From Trueperaceae bacterium (GTDB lineage: Bacteria; Deinococcota; Deinococci; Deinococcales; Trueperaceae): a stretch of DNA of 39,276 nt. The position numbers and the translations under genes were made by a program. This document shows, piece by piece, positions 18,632 through 27,983 of the stretch. Each line of letters starts with the position of its first letter. Positions within the stretch are counted from its first letter, which is position 1. The stretch spans positions 1 through 39,276 of the forward strand of contig DASSXV010000046.1 in assembly GCA_035703635.1 (NCBI GenBank), written 5' to 3'. The notes beneath the pieces were generated by a model. That model had not been told where the DNA came from, did not search any database, and saw only the letters and a program-made list of their open reading frames with translations.

Positions 18632-19960
18632 GTGAGCGAGCGGCAGCCCAAGCCAACGAAAGCAAGTGCCGCCCTGCGGCTGCCCTTGACGGTCGAGCGC
18701 ATGGTGCATGGCGGAGCTGCCCTAGCTAGAACGGAAGCTGGCGCGGTCGCGCTCGTGACTGGCGCGCTGCCAGGCGAAACGGTTCGCGCCGATGTGCGCC
18801 GCGAGAAGGGCGTGCTGATCGGTGCGGTGGTCGAGGTGCTTAGCGCCAGCCCAGACCGCGTTCCGGCCAACGTTCACCCAGGTCTCGATTACTCCTTCAT
18901 GTCTTACGAACGGCAACTCGTGGAGAAGCGCGCCGTGGTGGCTGACGCCCTCTCGCGGGCCCGCGCGCAAGCGCGCCGCGCAGACGACGGCCTTGCCGTG
19001 GCGCCGCGCTTGACGCCCGCGGACGTGCCAGCGGTAGTCGCCGCGCCAGCGCCGTGGGGTTACCGCAACAGCGTGCAGCCGGCAGCCGCTGCCGCTGGGC
19101 TCGGTTACCGCCTCCCTGGCAGCAACGAGGTGCTGGTGCTTGGGGCCGACCCGTCCGCGACGTCAGGCGTCAACGCGGCGTGGGCGCAGGCCTTGAGCGT
19201 GCGGGCGAACCGGGCGGCCGGGATCCACGAGCTCGTCATCCGGGCCAACGATGCCGGGGAGGCCCTAGTGGCTCTGGTCTCGAACGCGCCGGCGCGCAAA
19301 CTCATTCCCCTAGCGCACGCACTCGTGCAGACTGGCGTGGCCGGAGTGGTGCACGCTCCATACGATCCGCGCGGGCGCTTCCGCTCTGGCGCGGAGCGCT
19401 TGGCCGGCGCCCGCTTCGTGTTGCAGGGTTACGGCGACGTGCTCCTCACGATGAACGCCATGAGCTTCGTGCAACCGAACCCGGCTGCCGCCGCCGTCCT
19501 CTACCGCGAACTCGCGCGCTGGGCGGGGCAGGGCGCTAGTGCGACGGAGCTTTATGCCGGTGGCGGAGCCATCTCGTTTCACCTCGCCCCCAACTTTGGG
19601 CGGGTCGTCGCGGTGGAGATCGACCGCGGCGCAGTTACGCGCGGCCAACGAGACGCGGAACGCCTCGGGTTCGCCAACGTCGAGTTCGTGCGCCAAGACG
19701 CTCGCTCCGCGAGCATCCCGGCAGGTACCGAGCTGCTAGTCGTCGATCCGCCGCGCGCGGGTCTCTCAGCGGACACCCGAGCAGCCGCCGTCGCGAGTGA
19801 CGCCAAACGCCTCATCTACGTGAGTTGCGACGCCGCGACGTGGGCGCGTGACGTGGCCGACTTCGAAGCCAAGGGCTTCGAGCTCACGCGCTTCCAACCG
19901 CATGACTTCTACCCGCAAACGCACCACGTAGAGATCCTCTCGGAGCTTACGCGCGCCTAA
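18632..19960 (+). CDS. RlmD/TrmA-family RNA (uracil-5)-methyltransferase with TRAM domain
   Basis: GALPGETV, WGYRN, SFVQPN, ELYAGGG, VDPPRAGL, catalytic YVSC and DFYPQTHHVE motifs. GTG 18632 has TAAACT 7 nt upstream. Confidence 0.9.
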   Translation: MSERQPKPTKASAALRLPLTVERMVHGGAALARTEAGAVALVTGALPGETVRADVRREKGVLIGAVVEVLSASPDRVPANVHPGLDYSFMSYERQLVEKRAVVADALSRARAQARRADDGLAVAPRLTPADVPAVVAAPAPWGYRNSVQPAAAAAGLGYRLPGSNEVLVLGADPSATSGVNAAWAQALSVRANRAAGIHELVIRANDAGEALVALVSNAPARKLIPLAHALVQTGVAGVVHAPYDPRGRFRSGAERLAGARFVLQGYGDVLLTMNAMSFVQPNPAAAAVLYRELARWAGQGASATELYAGGGAISFHLAPNFGRVVAVEIDRGAVTRGQRDAERLGFANVEFVRQDARSASIPAGTELLVVDPPRAGLSADTRAAAVASDAKRLIYVSCDAATWARDVADFEAKGFELTRFQPHDFYPQTHHVEILSELTRA

Positions 19961-19986
19961 GCGGCTGTGGGGCTACACTCGTGCTC

Positions 19987-20766
19987 ATGCTCGCTAAACG
20001 CATCATCCCCTGTCTGGACGTCCACGCCGGGCGCGTGACGCGCGGTCAACAGTTCGGGCGCGCCGAGTTCGGTGAACTGACGGACGTCGGCGACCCCGTC
20101 GAGTTGGCGCTGTACTACAACGATCAAGGCGCGGACGAACTCGTCTTGTACGACATCACGGCAACGAGCGAGGGCCGAGGCGCCATCCTCGACGTGGCTA
20201 GGGGAGTAGCCGAGAGCTGTTTCATGCCACTGACCATCGGCGGCGGCGTGCGTGAGTTGGCCGACGTGCGCGCCCTCACCCTCGCCGGAGCTGACAAGGT
20301 CTCCCTCAACTCGGCAGCCGTTGCCAACCCTGACCTCATCCGCCACGCCGCGGAGCACTTCGGCTCTCAAGCGGTGGTCCTGTCGATCGACGTCAAGCGC
20401 GGCGTCAACGGTGGTTGGGAGGTCTACGTGGCTGGTGGGCGGCAGGCAACTGGCCTCGAGCTGCTCGAGTGGGCGGAACGCGGCCAAGCGCTAGGGGCCG
20501 GTGAGATAGTGCTCAACAGTATCGATGGCGACGGCATGGGTTCCGGTTACGACCTCGCTGCACTTAGGGCGCTGCGCGCTGCGGTGGACGTCCCGATCGT
20601 GGCGTCTGGCGGTGCTGGCAGCGCAGCGGACATGCGCGACGCGCTCCTCACGGGCGTGGACGCTGCCCTGGCCGCCGGGATCTTCCACCGCGGCGAGGTG
20701 AGCATCGATGAAGTCAAGCGCGTATGCGCTGCGGCCGGGTTGCAAGTGCGTGAGGTGAGGGCGTGA
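19987..20766 (+). CDS. hisF: Imidazole glycerol phosphate synthase cyclase subunit
   Basis: [37 protein letters not shown] and ASGGAG motifs. Confidence 0.96.
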   Translation: MLAKRIIPCLDVHAGRVTRGQQFGRAEFGELTDVGDPVELALYYNDQGADELVLYDITATSEGRGAILDVARGVAESCFMPLTIGGGVRELADVRALTLAGADKVSLNSAAVANPDLIRHAAEHFGSQAVVLSIDVKRGVNGGWEVYVAGGRQATGLELLEWAERGQALGAGEIVLNSIDGDGMGSGYDLAALRALRAAVDVPIVASGGAGSAADMRDALLTGVDAALAAGIFHRGEVSIDEVKRVCAAAGLQVREVRA

Positions 20767-21395
20767 ACGAAGTAGTTTTCGGCGAGACGGGGCTCGTGCC
20801 TGTGGTGGCGCAGTCGGTAACGGACGGCGCGGTGCTCATGCTGGCGTACGCCAACCGTGAAGCGCTCGAGCTCACCTTGGCCACCGGCGAGGCGCACTAT
20901 TACAGCCGTTCCAGGGGCGAGGTGTGGCATAAAGGCGCCACGAGCGGCAACACCCAGCGCGTGGCCGAAGTGCGCTACGACTGTGACGGCGACGCGCTCC
21001 TCTACCGCGTGGCGGAGAACGGCCCGGCGTGCCACACGGGGGAGCGCAGCTGCTACTACCGCGCACTGTCTGGCGCTGGCCTTCCCCAAGCGTCCGAGGC
21101 TGGGGCCGCCGAGTTGGGTAGAACGCTCGAACGTTTGCAGGGCGTCATCAACGAGCGGCTCACCTCACTACCTGACGGGTCGTACGTCCGCAAGCTCCAC
21201 GAGCGCGGCGTCGGCTACGTGGCGCAGAAGGTGGTCGAGGAGGCGGGTGAGGTCATAGTGGCCGCGCTGCAAGAACAGGAAGACGAACTAGTCGGGGAGA
21301 CCGCCGACCTCCTGTTCCACTTGAGCGTGCTGCTAACGGAGCGCGGCGTGAGCCTAGGGAGGGTGGCCGCCAAGCTAGATGAGCGCCGCAACTGA
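20763..21395 (+). CDS. hisIE: Bifunctional phosphoribosyl-AMP cyclohydrolase / phosphoribosyl-ATP pyrophosphatase
   Basis: [33 protein letters not shown] and E.ADLLFH motifs. Confidence 0.95.
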   Translation: MNEVVFGETGLVPVVAQSVTDGAVLMLAYANREALELTLATGEAHYYSRSRGEVWHKGATSGNTQRVAEVRYDCDGDALLYRVAENGPACHTGERSCYYRALSGAGLPQASEAGAAELGRTLERLQGVINERLTSLPDGSYVRKLHERGVGYVAQKVVEEAGEVIVAALQEQEDELVGETADLLFHLSVLLTERGVSLGRVAAKLDERRN

Positions 21396-21448
21396 CGCGG
21401 TAGCGGGGGACTATGCGGCGTGCGCGACTAAGTAATAGCCTCTAAAGG

Positions 21449-22522
21449 ATGCCGCACCGCTCGCGTTCCCTACTTCTTGTCCTTTTCGCCGTCGCCGCCT
21501 TGGTGGCCGCGTGTGCGCCCAGCGCCAAACCAGCCGACCTCGCCCGCGCCGGAACGGCTAGGGCGACCTCGAGCGGTTCGCCGCTCGACGGCATCGGTTA
21601 CGTCCCGAGCACCGTGCCTGAGACGGCGCTGCGCCAGCGTCCAGCGGACGCGCCCGATCTCGTCATCATCGCCTTCTCGGGGCATTGCGGCCTCGTGTGC
21701 GACACGCGCAGCACCTGGTCGTACCTCGACCACGCTAGCGAGAGCACGGGCGGAGTGGCCGTGCTTGACGGCATCAAGACGGCGTACGAGCACCTAGGCT
21801 TCGGGGACATCGAGGTCTTCGGGGTCTCGTCTTTCGCTACCAGCCATTACAGCTCGATCAGCGGCAAGATCGAGCAGGGCTACTTGCAGGCGCAGGCGTA
21901 CCTTGACGAGGTCAAGGCCGCCTGGATCGATGGCGTCGCCGACCCGACGCGCGTCGTCCTCGTTGGCCACTCGCACGGCACCGTATGGGCCTCGCTGCTG
22001 GCCATGAACAACCTCGACGTCACCTTCGACTCGTTCGTGGCGCTTGACGCCATCTGTTGGATGTGGTGGAACAAACACAAGGGTTTCATCAAGGACACGT
22101 TCGTCGACGGCCCCTGGACCATCCCGTTCCCGCTTGACAACGGCGACCCATGCGGCACCCTGACGGTGCCTGGCCAGAAGCAGCCGATGAACATCAACGA
22201 CGTCGTTCCGGCCAACGTCATCTTCGGACTAGAAGTGCGGACTAGCTTCCGGCTCTTCTCCCTTGACCCGAACGTCTTAGCTGACGACGACGTGAACGTG
22301 CGTATCAACGGGTCTTCGAGCAACGTTTGGGGCATCACGGCGCAAGAGTCTCACAGCAGCTTAGGAAACCATTACAACCGCTCCATCAGTTGGGTGGCTT
22401 CCATGCTTCAGGCCTTAGGCGTGCCTGACCACGGCGCTTACCCCATGTCGTCGTTCGTGCTGCCGCCACCGCCGGCAGGCTTCGACTACAGCCAAGGCGA
22501 GTTGGTTCCCGCCACACCCTGA
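21449..22522 (+). CDS. Lipoprotein, putative alpha/beta-hydrolase fold
   Basis: Lipobox VAAC (Cys22), nucleophile-elbow VLVGHSHG, LDAI strand and late ESHS. Confidence 0.7.
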   Translation: MPHRSRSLLLVLFAVAALVAACAPSAKPADLARAGTARATSSGSPLDGIGYVPSTVPETALRQRPADAPDLVIIAFSGHCGLVCDTRSTWSYLDHASESTGGVAVLDGIKTAYEHLGFGDIEVFGVSSFATSHYSSISGKIEQGYLQAQAYLDEVKAAWIDGVADPTRVVLVGHSHGTVWASLLAMNNLDVTFDSFVALDAICWMWWNKHKGFIKDTFVDGPWTIPFPLDNGDPCGTLTVPGQKQPMNINDVVPANVIFGLEVRTSFRLFSLDPNVLADDDVNVRINGSSSNVWGITAQESHSSLGNHYNRSISWVASMLQALGVPDHGAYPMSSFVLPPPPAGFDYSQGELVPATP

Positions 22523-22597
22523 GCTAAGCGCGTGCGTTATCACCGAGGTAGGGGTACAACGGCCCACGCGGTGAGAGCGTTGGCAGCATAGTGGGGC

Positions 22598-23680
22598 ATG
22601 GCCAAGTCCAGTTCAGGCAACCCGACTTCGAGCAAGAGGGCCTCAGCGGCTGACAAGCACGCCCCTGAGAAGCGTCAGCCAAGCACGCGCGTGATCAGGA
22701 CAGGTGGCCTCGAGGCCGCTTTGGTCCTCGACATGGTGCGGGTGACGGAAGAGGCCGCCATCGCCGCCAGCCGCGTGGCTGGCAAGGGTGACGCCGACTT
22801 GGTCGATCAGGCTGGCGTCGACGCCATGCGCGCCGTCCTGAACGAACTACCCATCGATGGCGAGATAGTCATTGGCGAGGGCGAGCGCGACGAGGCGCCG
22901 ATGCTCTATATCGGCGAGCGCGTCGGCACCGCCGGACCGGATGACTGGGAGGTCGACATCGCCGTCGACCCCGTCGAAGGCACGAACATCACGGCCCGCA
23001 TGATCAACGGCTCCGTGGCCGTGATCGCCATGGCAGAGCGCGGCGGGCTCTTCCAAGCGCCCGACACGTACATGGAGAAGCTCATCGTCGGCCCGCCGGC
23101 CAAGGGCAAGGTCGACCTGACGTGGCCGGTGGCCGCCAACCTGCGCGGCGTGGCGCTATCCCTCGATCGGGCCGTCGACGATCTCACGGTCGTCATCCTC
23201 GACCGCCCGCGCCACGAGCAGCTCATCCGCGAGGTGCGCGACGCGGGCGCGCGCGTGAAGTTGATAGGTGACGGCGACGTGATCGCCGCGCTAGCCGCCG
23301 CCGTTCGGGGCACTAACGTGCATGCCGTCATGGGCACCGGCGGTGCTCCAGAGGGAGTGCTGGCTGCCGCGGCGCTCAAGTGCCTCGGTGGCGAGATACA
23401 CGGGCGCTTCAGGCCACGCAATGATGACGAGCGCAGGCGCCTAGAAGCAGCCGGTGCAAGCGAAGACCGCGTCTACCGCACCGAGGAGCTGGCACCCGGT
23501 CGCGATATCGTGTTCAGCGCCACGGGCATCACCGACGGTGACCTCTTGAGGGGGGTCAAGTTCTTCAAGAACGGTGCGCGCACGCATAGCATCACCATGG
23601 GCTACCGGTCCCGCGTCATCCGCTTCACGGATTCCGTCCACCTCCTTGGCGACGGGGCGCGAGTGACCATTCAAGTCTGA
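22598..23680 (+). CDS. glpX: Class II fructose-1,6-bisphosphatase
   Basis: [49 protein letters not shown] and ATGITDG motifs. Confidence 0.96.
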   Translation: MAKSSSGNPTSSKRASAADKHAPEKRQPSTRVIRTGGLEAALVLDMVRVTEEAAIAASRVAGKGDADLVDQAGVDAMRAVLNELPIDGEIVIGEGERDEAPMLYIGERVGTAGPDDWEVDIAVDPVEGTNITARMINGSVAVIAMAERGGLFQAPDTYMEKLIVGPPAKGKVDLTWPVAANLRGVALSLDRAVDDLTVVILDRPRHEQLIREVRDAGARVKLIGDGDVIAALAAAVRGTNVHAVMGTGGAPEGVLAAAALKCLGGEIHGRFRPRNDDERRRLEAAGASEDRVYRTEELAPGRDIVFSATGITDGDLLRGVKFFKNGARTHSITMGYRSRVIRFTDSVHLLGDGARVTIQV

Positions 23681-23683
23681 GAG

Positions 23684-24158
23684 GTGAGCATGGACGCCTC
23701 CAAGCCTTTGGCAGGCCGCGTCGCACTCGTCGCGGGTGCGACGCGTGGAGCAGGGCGTGCGCTCGCCGTCGAGCTCGCCCGCGCTGGCGCGTACGTTTAC
23801 GCCACTGGCCGCAGCAGCCGCGTCACTGGCCGGTCGGAGATCGGGAGGCCCGAGACCATAGAGGAGACGGGCGACCTCATGCAGGCGGCTGGCGGCGCAT
23901 CGTCAAGAGCCTGACTGCCGAGCTGGCTGGCCACGCGCTCACTGCCGTTGGAGTCACCCCGGGTTGGCTACGGTCGGAGAACATGCTCGAGCATTACGGC
24001 GTCACTGAGGCGACGTGGCGTGACGCGCTCGTGAAGGTGCCATTTCGCCATCTCGGAGTCGCCGACCTATCTGGCCCGTGGCGTCGCCGCTTTGGCGGGT
24101 GACGAGAAGGCGAGCTCTTTCGCTAACTCGATCGCGCCTGGGCGGCGCGCCGAGTACG
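23684..24158 (+). pseudogene. Short-chain dehydrogenase (SDR) pseudogene with internal deletion, frameshifts and truncated 3' end
   Basis: Three fragments in alternating frames: 23684-~23895 (VALVAGATRGAGR...RPETIEETGD), ~23896-24042 (RIVKSLTAEL...TPGWLRSENMLEHYGVTEATWRDA) and 24044-~24125 (FAISESPTYLARGVAALAGD). The central catalytic region is absent. Confidence 0.85.
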
Positions 24159-24791
24159 TCAGTCTGAGCGCGCGCCCTCTGCGAGGGCGCTACTGCCCTC
24201 GGCGGTGGCCGCCCACTCGGCGAACGCTTTCAAGGCCTGGCCGCGGTGACTAACGGAGCGCTTCTGCTCGAGGGTCGCCTCAGCGAAGCTTGTTCCCAGC
24301 TCGGTGCTTAGGAAGATCGGGTCGTAACCGAAGCCGTCTGCTCCTCGTGGGCCGTGCAGGATGCTGCCCGCGCTCTCGCCTCTGAACGCCATCACCCCGC
24401 CCGCTGGCGTGGCGAGCACGACGGCGGCCACGAAACGCGCGCCGCGCTCCCCGTCAGGCACCTTCTGCAGCCGCCTGAGGAGGTGCGCCATGCGCTCCCC
24501 GTCCGTCAGTCCGGCGCCGCCGAAGCGCGCCGTGTAGACGCCGGGGGCGCCGCCCAGCGCATCCACCTCCAGGCCGGAGTCGTCCGCCAAGGCAGGTAGA
24601 CCGGTCAGTGCGGTTACGTGACCCGCTTTCACCAGAGCGTTCTCCTCGTAACTAGCGCCCGTTTCCTCCGGGAACTCGCTCACGCCAACGTCGGTCGCCG
24701 CCACTACCTCGAGCCCTGTACCCGCGAGGGCTTCCTTGAACTCGCGCAACTTGCCTTGGTTAAGGGTGGCCACCACCAGTCGTTGGCGCAT
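24159..24791 (-). CDS. rdgB: Non-canonical purine NTP pyrophosphatase (dITP/XTP)
   Basis: AT.N.GKLRE, ENALVKA, ADDSGLEVDALGGAPGVYTAR, GFGYDPIF and SHRG motifs. TGATG overlap with rph. Confidence 0.95.
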   Translation of the reverse strand: MRQRLVVATLNQGKLREFKEALAGTGLEVVAATDVGVSEFPEETGASYEENALVKAGHVTALTGLPALADDSGLEVDALGGAPGVYTARFGGAGLTDGERMAHLLRRLQKVPDGERGARFVAAVVLATPAGGVMAFRGESAGSILHGPRGADGFGYDPIFLSTELGTSFAEATLEQKRSVSHRGQALKAFAEWAATAEGSSALAEGARSD

Positions 24792-25513
24792 CACTTGAGT
24801 TGCCCCCGGACGTGCGTGAGGAGCCGCTCGACTGCTGCGACGCCCGCGCCGACGAGCGCGACGTAACGCTCGGCGGAGACAGGGTCCGCCTCGCTGCCGC
24901 CCTGCACCTCGACGACGTCACCTGCCGCAGTGGCGACCACGTTCAGGTCGATGCTGGCGGCGGCGTCCTCGGCATGATCTAGGTCGACGCGGGACTCACC
25001 GTCTATCACTCCGACGCTGACGGCGGCCAGCTCGTGCTTGAGGGGCCACTCCGCTAGCTCACCTTTGTACACGAGCCGGTCGGCGGCCTGGTGCATGGCG
25101 GCGTAGCCAGCCAAGATGGCAGCGCAGCGCGTGCCGCCGTCTGCGACGAGCACGTCAGCGTCCACGGTTATCGTCTTGCCGCGGAACAACCTGAGGTCGA
25201 CGGTGCTGCGTAGCGCCCTGCCGATGAGGCGCTGGATCTCTTGAGTGCGGCCGGAGGCGTAGAGGCGTTCGCGCACGACGCGCTCCTTCGTGCTGCGAGG
25301 CAGCAGCGCGTACTCGGCCGTCAACCAGCCGCTCTTGTGCGAGCCGCCCCGCATGTGAGGCGGCAGCTTCGACTCGATGGTGACGGTGGCGAGCACGACG
25401 GTCTGACCCCACGTGACGAGCGCGGAACCTTCTGCGTGCGGGTTCGGTCCCAGCTCCACCTTCACGGGTCGCAACTCGCTTGCCGCGCGGGAAGTGCGCG
25501 TAAGGGCGGTCAT
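24791..25513 (-). CDS. rph: Ribonuclease PH
   Basis: AEGSAL, GWLTAEYALLPRST, SGRTQEIQRLIGRALR, ADGGTRCA and DLNVV motifs. Confidence 0.95.
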   Translation of the reverse strand: MTALTRTSRAASELRPVKVELGPNPHAEGSALVTWGQTVVLATVTIESKLPPHMRGGSHKSGWLTAEYALLPRSTKERVVRERLYASGRTQEIQRLIGRALRSTVDLRLFRGKTITVDADVLVADGGTRCAAILAGYAAMHQAADRLVYKGELAEWPLKHELAAVSVGVIDGESRVDLDHAEDAAASIDLNVVATAAGDVVEVQGGSEADPVSAERYVALVGAGVAAVERLLTHVRGQLK

Positions 25514-25535
25514 GTACTGCTCCTCTCGCGCCGCG

Positions 25536-26369
25536 TCACGCGCGCGCCTCGCGGCGCCGCACGAGCTGGCCGACGTCAAGGTGTTCCGTCTTTCCTGCCG
25601 CAACGCCGAGGACGCCTGCGCTGTGAACGAACTGTGCGACGTCGCCAGTGACGAGGTAGTGGGCGGTGCCGTTCAAGGCGGCTGGCGCCGCGAGCCCGAA
25701 CGCGTCTAGGTCGCGCGCCACCACTGCGGCAACTTCCTCGGCTGAGTCGATGAGTGGCAGGTCGGCGCCGACGACCCGGCGCAGCACGGACTTGAGAGCC
25801 GGGTAATGCGTGCAACCGAGGATGATGGCGTCAAGATCCGGGCGGTCGGCTAGGTAATGCTGCGCCACCAACTCCGCGATGTCGGAACCCGGCCCGGCGG
25901 CGAGACCCTCCTCGACGATGGGGACGAACAGGGGACAGGCGCGCGCCCAGGTGCTTGCGCCAGCTGCCTCTAGCCGGTCCTGGTAGACGCGGGCCTTGAC
26001 GGTGGCGACGGTGCCGAGCACGCCAACGCGTCCGCCGCGCGTCTCGCGCAGCGCGGCGCTGACGCCGGGCTCGATCACTCCCCACAGCGGTACGGACACG
26101 CGCTTGGCGAGGTCAGGCAAGGCGGCCGCCGAGGCGGTGTTGCAGGCGATCACGACGCCTTTGACGCCGCGGCCGATCAGTTCAGCGACGATCTCGGTGG
26201 CGAAGCCGCGCACCATCTCTAGCGGTTTGGAGCCGTACGGGACACGGGCAGTGTCACCCAGGTAAACGAACGCCTCGTGAGGCATGGCCTTACGCAACTC
26301 GTTCAAGACGGTCAACCCACCGACTCCCGAGTCGAACACGCCGATGGGAGCGGGGTTAGGCTTCTGCAC
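25536..26369 (-). CDS. murI: Glutamate racemase
   Basis: FDSGVGGLTV, GDTARVPYG, IACNTAS and ILGCTHYP motifs. Confidence 0.96.
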   Translation of the reverse strand: MQKPNPAPIGVFDSGVGGLTVLNELRKAMPHEAFVYLGDTARVPYGSKPLEMVRGFATEIVAELIGRGVKGVVIACNTASAAALPDLAKRVSVPLWGVIEPGVSAALRETRGGRVGVLGTVATVKARVYQDRLEAAGASTWARACPLFVPIVEEGLAAGPGSDIAELVAQHYLADRPDLDAIILGCTHYPALKSVLRRVVGADLPLIDSAEEVAAVVARDLDAFGLAAPAALNGTAHYLVTGDVAQFVHSAGVLGVAAGKTEHLDVGQLVRRREARA

Positions 26370-26412
26370 CTCGAGAGCTTACCACCGGGCGGCTAGCGCC
26401 CACGACCACGCG

Positions 26413-26435
26413 AAACCCCGGCGCTAGGCCGGGGT
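26413..26435 (-). terminator. Probable terminator downstream of tRNA-Ser
   Basis: Minus strand ACCCCGGC-CTAGC-GCCGGGGT followed by a short T run. Confidence 0.6.
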
Positions 26436-26451
26436 CATGCGCAACTGCTTG

Positions 26452-26543
26452 TGGCGGAGAGGGAGAGATTCGAACTCTCGGTGCAAGTTACCCCACACAC
26501 ACGCTTTCCAGGCGTGCTCCTTAAACCACTCGGACACCTCTCC
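26452..26543 (-). tRNA. tRNA-Ser (anticodon GGA), CCA encoded
   Basis: Reverse complement GGAGAGG-TGTCCGAGTGGTTTAAGGAG-CACGC-CTGGAAA-GCGTG-long variable arm-GAGAGTTCGAATCTCTC-CCTCTCC-GCCA. Confidence 0.97.
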
Positions 26544-26691
26544 GCGTAACGTCCGTACGCGCGCAGCGGACGGGCACCAAGGAGTCTAGCAGTCGCCTGA
26601 TGGTCGGTCAACGAAAGCGCGTGGGTACTTGCGAGACAGTGCCAAGCACAGCTGACTGGATAGACTCTGAACCAGCTACTACGGAGGCGAG

Positions 26692-27345
26692 ATGCTGAAA
26701 GACAGGATCGTCCTACTCAACACCCCGGAGGCCGTAGAGGCCTTCATCGACCGCTACCCCTCTAGCGTGATCTTCAAGGCTGGGACGTGCCACAAGACCA
26801 TGCAGGGCTTTGGTTTCGTGCAGGAGCAGCTCGAGGACCGCGAAGACCTGATGTGCGGCGTCATTCGCGTCGTCGAGGCCCGTGCGGCGAGCAATCTCGT
26901 GGCTGAGCGCACCGGCATCGTGCACGAGTCGCCGCAGGTGATCATCTTCGAGAAAGGCGCGCCCGTTTTCGCCGTTGACAACTGGGACGTAACGCAGGAA
27001 GCGCTGACCGTCGGCTTCTCCAAAGTCGCCGTCGGCGACCCAGTGGCGCCCCCAAGCGTTACGAGCGGCTCGGATCTACGCCCCTACTTCGACGTCCTCG
27101 AGAAGTTCCTGTCCGGCGGCATCGACGCCGACCAGTTCGAGCACACCTACACTTACATGTTCCGTGGCGACGCCACGCTGCGCCCTGGCGACGAGGTCGA
27201 CATCCTCAACTCCATCTTCGGCGACGTCGACCAGCACATCAACATGCACTTGATGATGGAAGGCAAGGCCGACAACTCACACCTGCGGCAGCGGGCGGAG
27301 AGCGCATACGAACGCCTGAAGGAGCTAGCAAGCACGCGCGCGTAG
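26692..27345 (+). CDS. abxC: Monothiol bacilliredoxin (BrxC/YtxJ family) fused to a colicin-immunity-like C-terminal domain (AbxC type)
   Basis: FKAGTCHKT, R..SN.VAE.TG..HESPQ and a helical C-domain LEKFLSG.IDADQFE..Y...F...ILNSIFGDVD. GGAGG RBS. Symbol assigned from recollection of Deinococcus radiodurans AbxC. Confidence 0.82.
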   Translation: MLKDRIVLLNTPEAVEAFIDRYPSSVIFKAGTCHKTMQGFGFVQEQLEDREDLMCGVIRVVEARAASNLVAERTGIVHESPQVIIFEKGAPVFAVDNWDVTQEALTVGFSKVAVGDPVAPPSVTSGSDLRPYFDVLEKFLSGGIDADQFEHTYTYMFRGDATLRPGDEVDILNSIFGDVDQHINMHLMMEGKADNSHLRQRAESAYERLKELASTRA

Positions 27346-27386
27346 GTTTCTCGGGCCGACGTGTTAGGTGGCGCCGCGACTATTCG

Positions 27387-27932
27387 CTAGTCGCGGCGCT
27401 TCTCTGCGTCTAGGAAGCGATCGAAGGCGTCGCGCTCCACGGCGCGCGGCGTGACGGTCGCGCGCGCGGGTTGCTGGGCAGGCGCCGCGGTCTTGACCGC
27501 GGCCGCAGCATCGGCCTTGGCGCGGCCGTGGTTGCCGGCGTCAGTGTTGACGACGCGCGGCTGCCGCTGGCGTACACGTTCCGCCGCAGGCTCCTGCGCT
27601 TCTTGACGCTCGACCACGACTTGCGGGCGCAACCACGGTTGCTCGGCGGCGTCGCGCTGCCGCTGCGCGCTCGGTTCTCCACGCCCGCCGCGGCCCGCGC
27701 GCTGGTCGTCTCGCCGCGCTTCGGCGGCGCGTTCGGCCTTGGGTGCCGCCGCGGCCTGCTGCGCGGCTACTGGCGCCTCACGCGCCTGCCGCGGTTGGCG
27801 CGCGTTAGCGGGCCCGTCAGCGCCGACGGGGCCGCGGCGCCTGGTGCCAAGGCTGATGGCCGCCCACACCGTCAACGACAGCGCGAGGACGATGAAGAAG
27901 AGCAGAAGGACTAGAACGGCGAGTGCGTTCAC
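27387..27932 (-). CDS. Hypothetical membrane-anchored protein with disordered Ala/Arg/Gln-rich region
   Basis: N-terminal TM helix and C-terminal DAFDRFLDAE helix. TATTCT lies 6 nt before the GTG. Confidence 0.7.
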   Translation of the reverse strand: MNALAVLVLLLFFIVLALSLTVWAAISLGTRRRGPVGADGPANARQPRQAREAPVAAQQAAAAPKAERAAEARRDDQRAGRGGRGEPSAQRQRDAAEQPWLRPQVVVERQEAQEPAAERVRQRQPRVVNTDAGNHGRAKADAAAAVKTAAPAQQPARATVTPRAVERDAFDRFLDAEKRRD

Positions 27933-27983
27933 TCCCCGAGAATAGTCCGTATCGAGTCAGCTAGCAAAGGTCGAGAGCCGAGG

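Noticed and set aside
23890-24050. Programmed frameshifting restoring the SDR
   Set aside because: The central catalytic segment is physically absent, so recoding could not give a functional enzyme.
26370-26543. Genomic island or prophage integrated at tRNA-Ser
   Set aside because: No integrase, no duplicated tRNA 3' end seen, and the tRNA is followed directly by the core murI-rph-rdgB operon.
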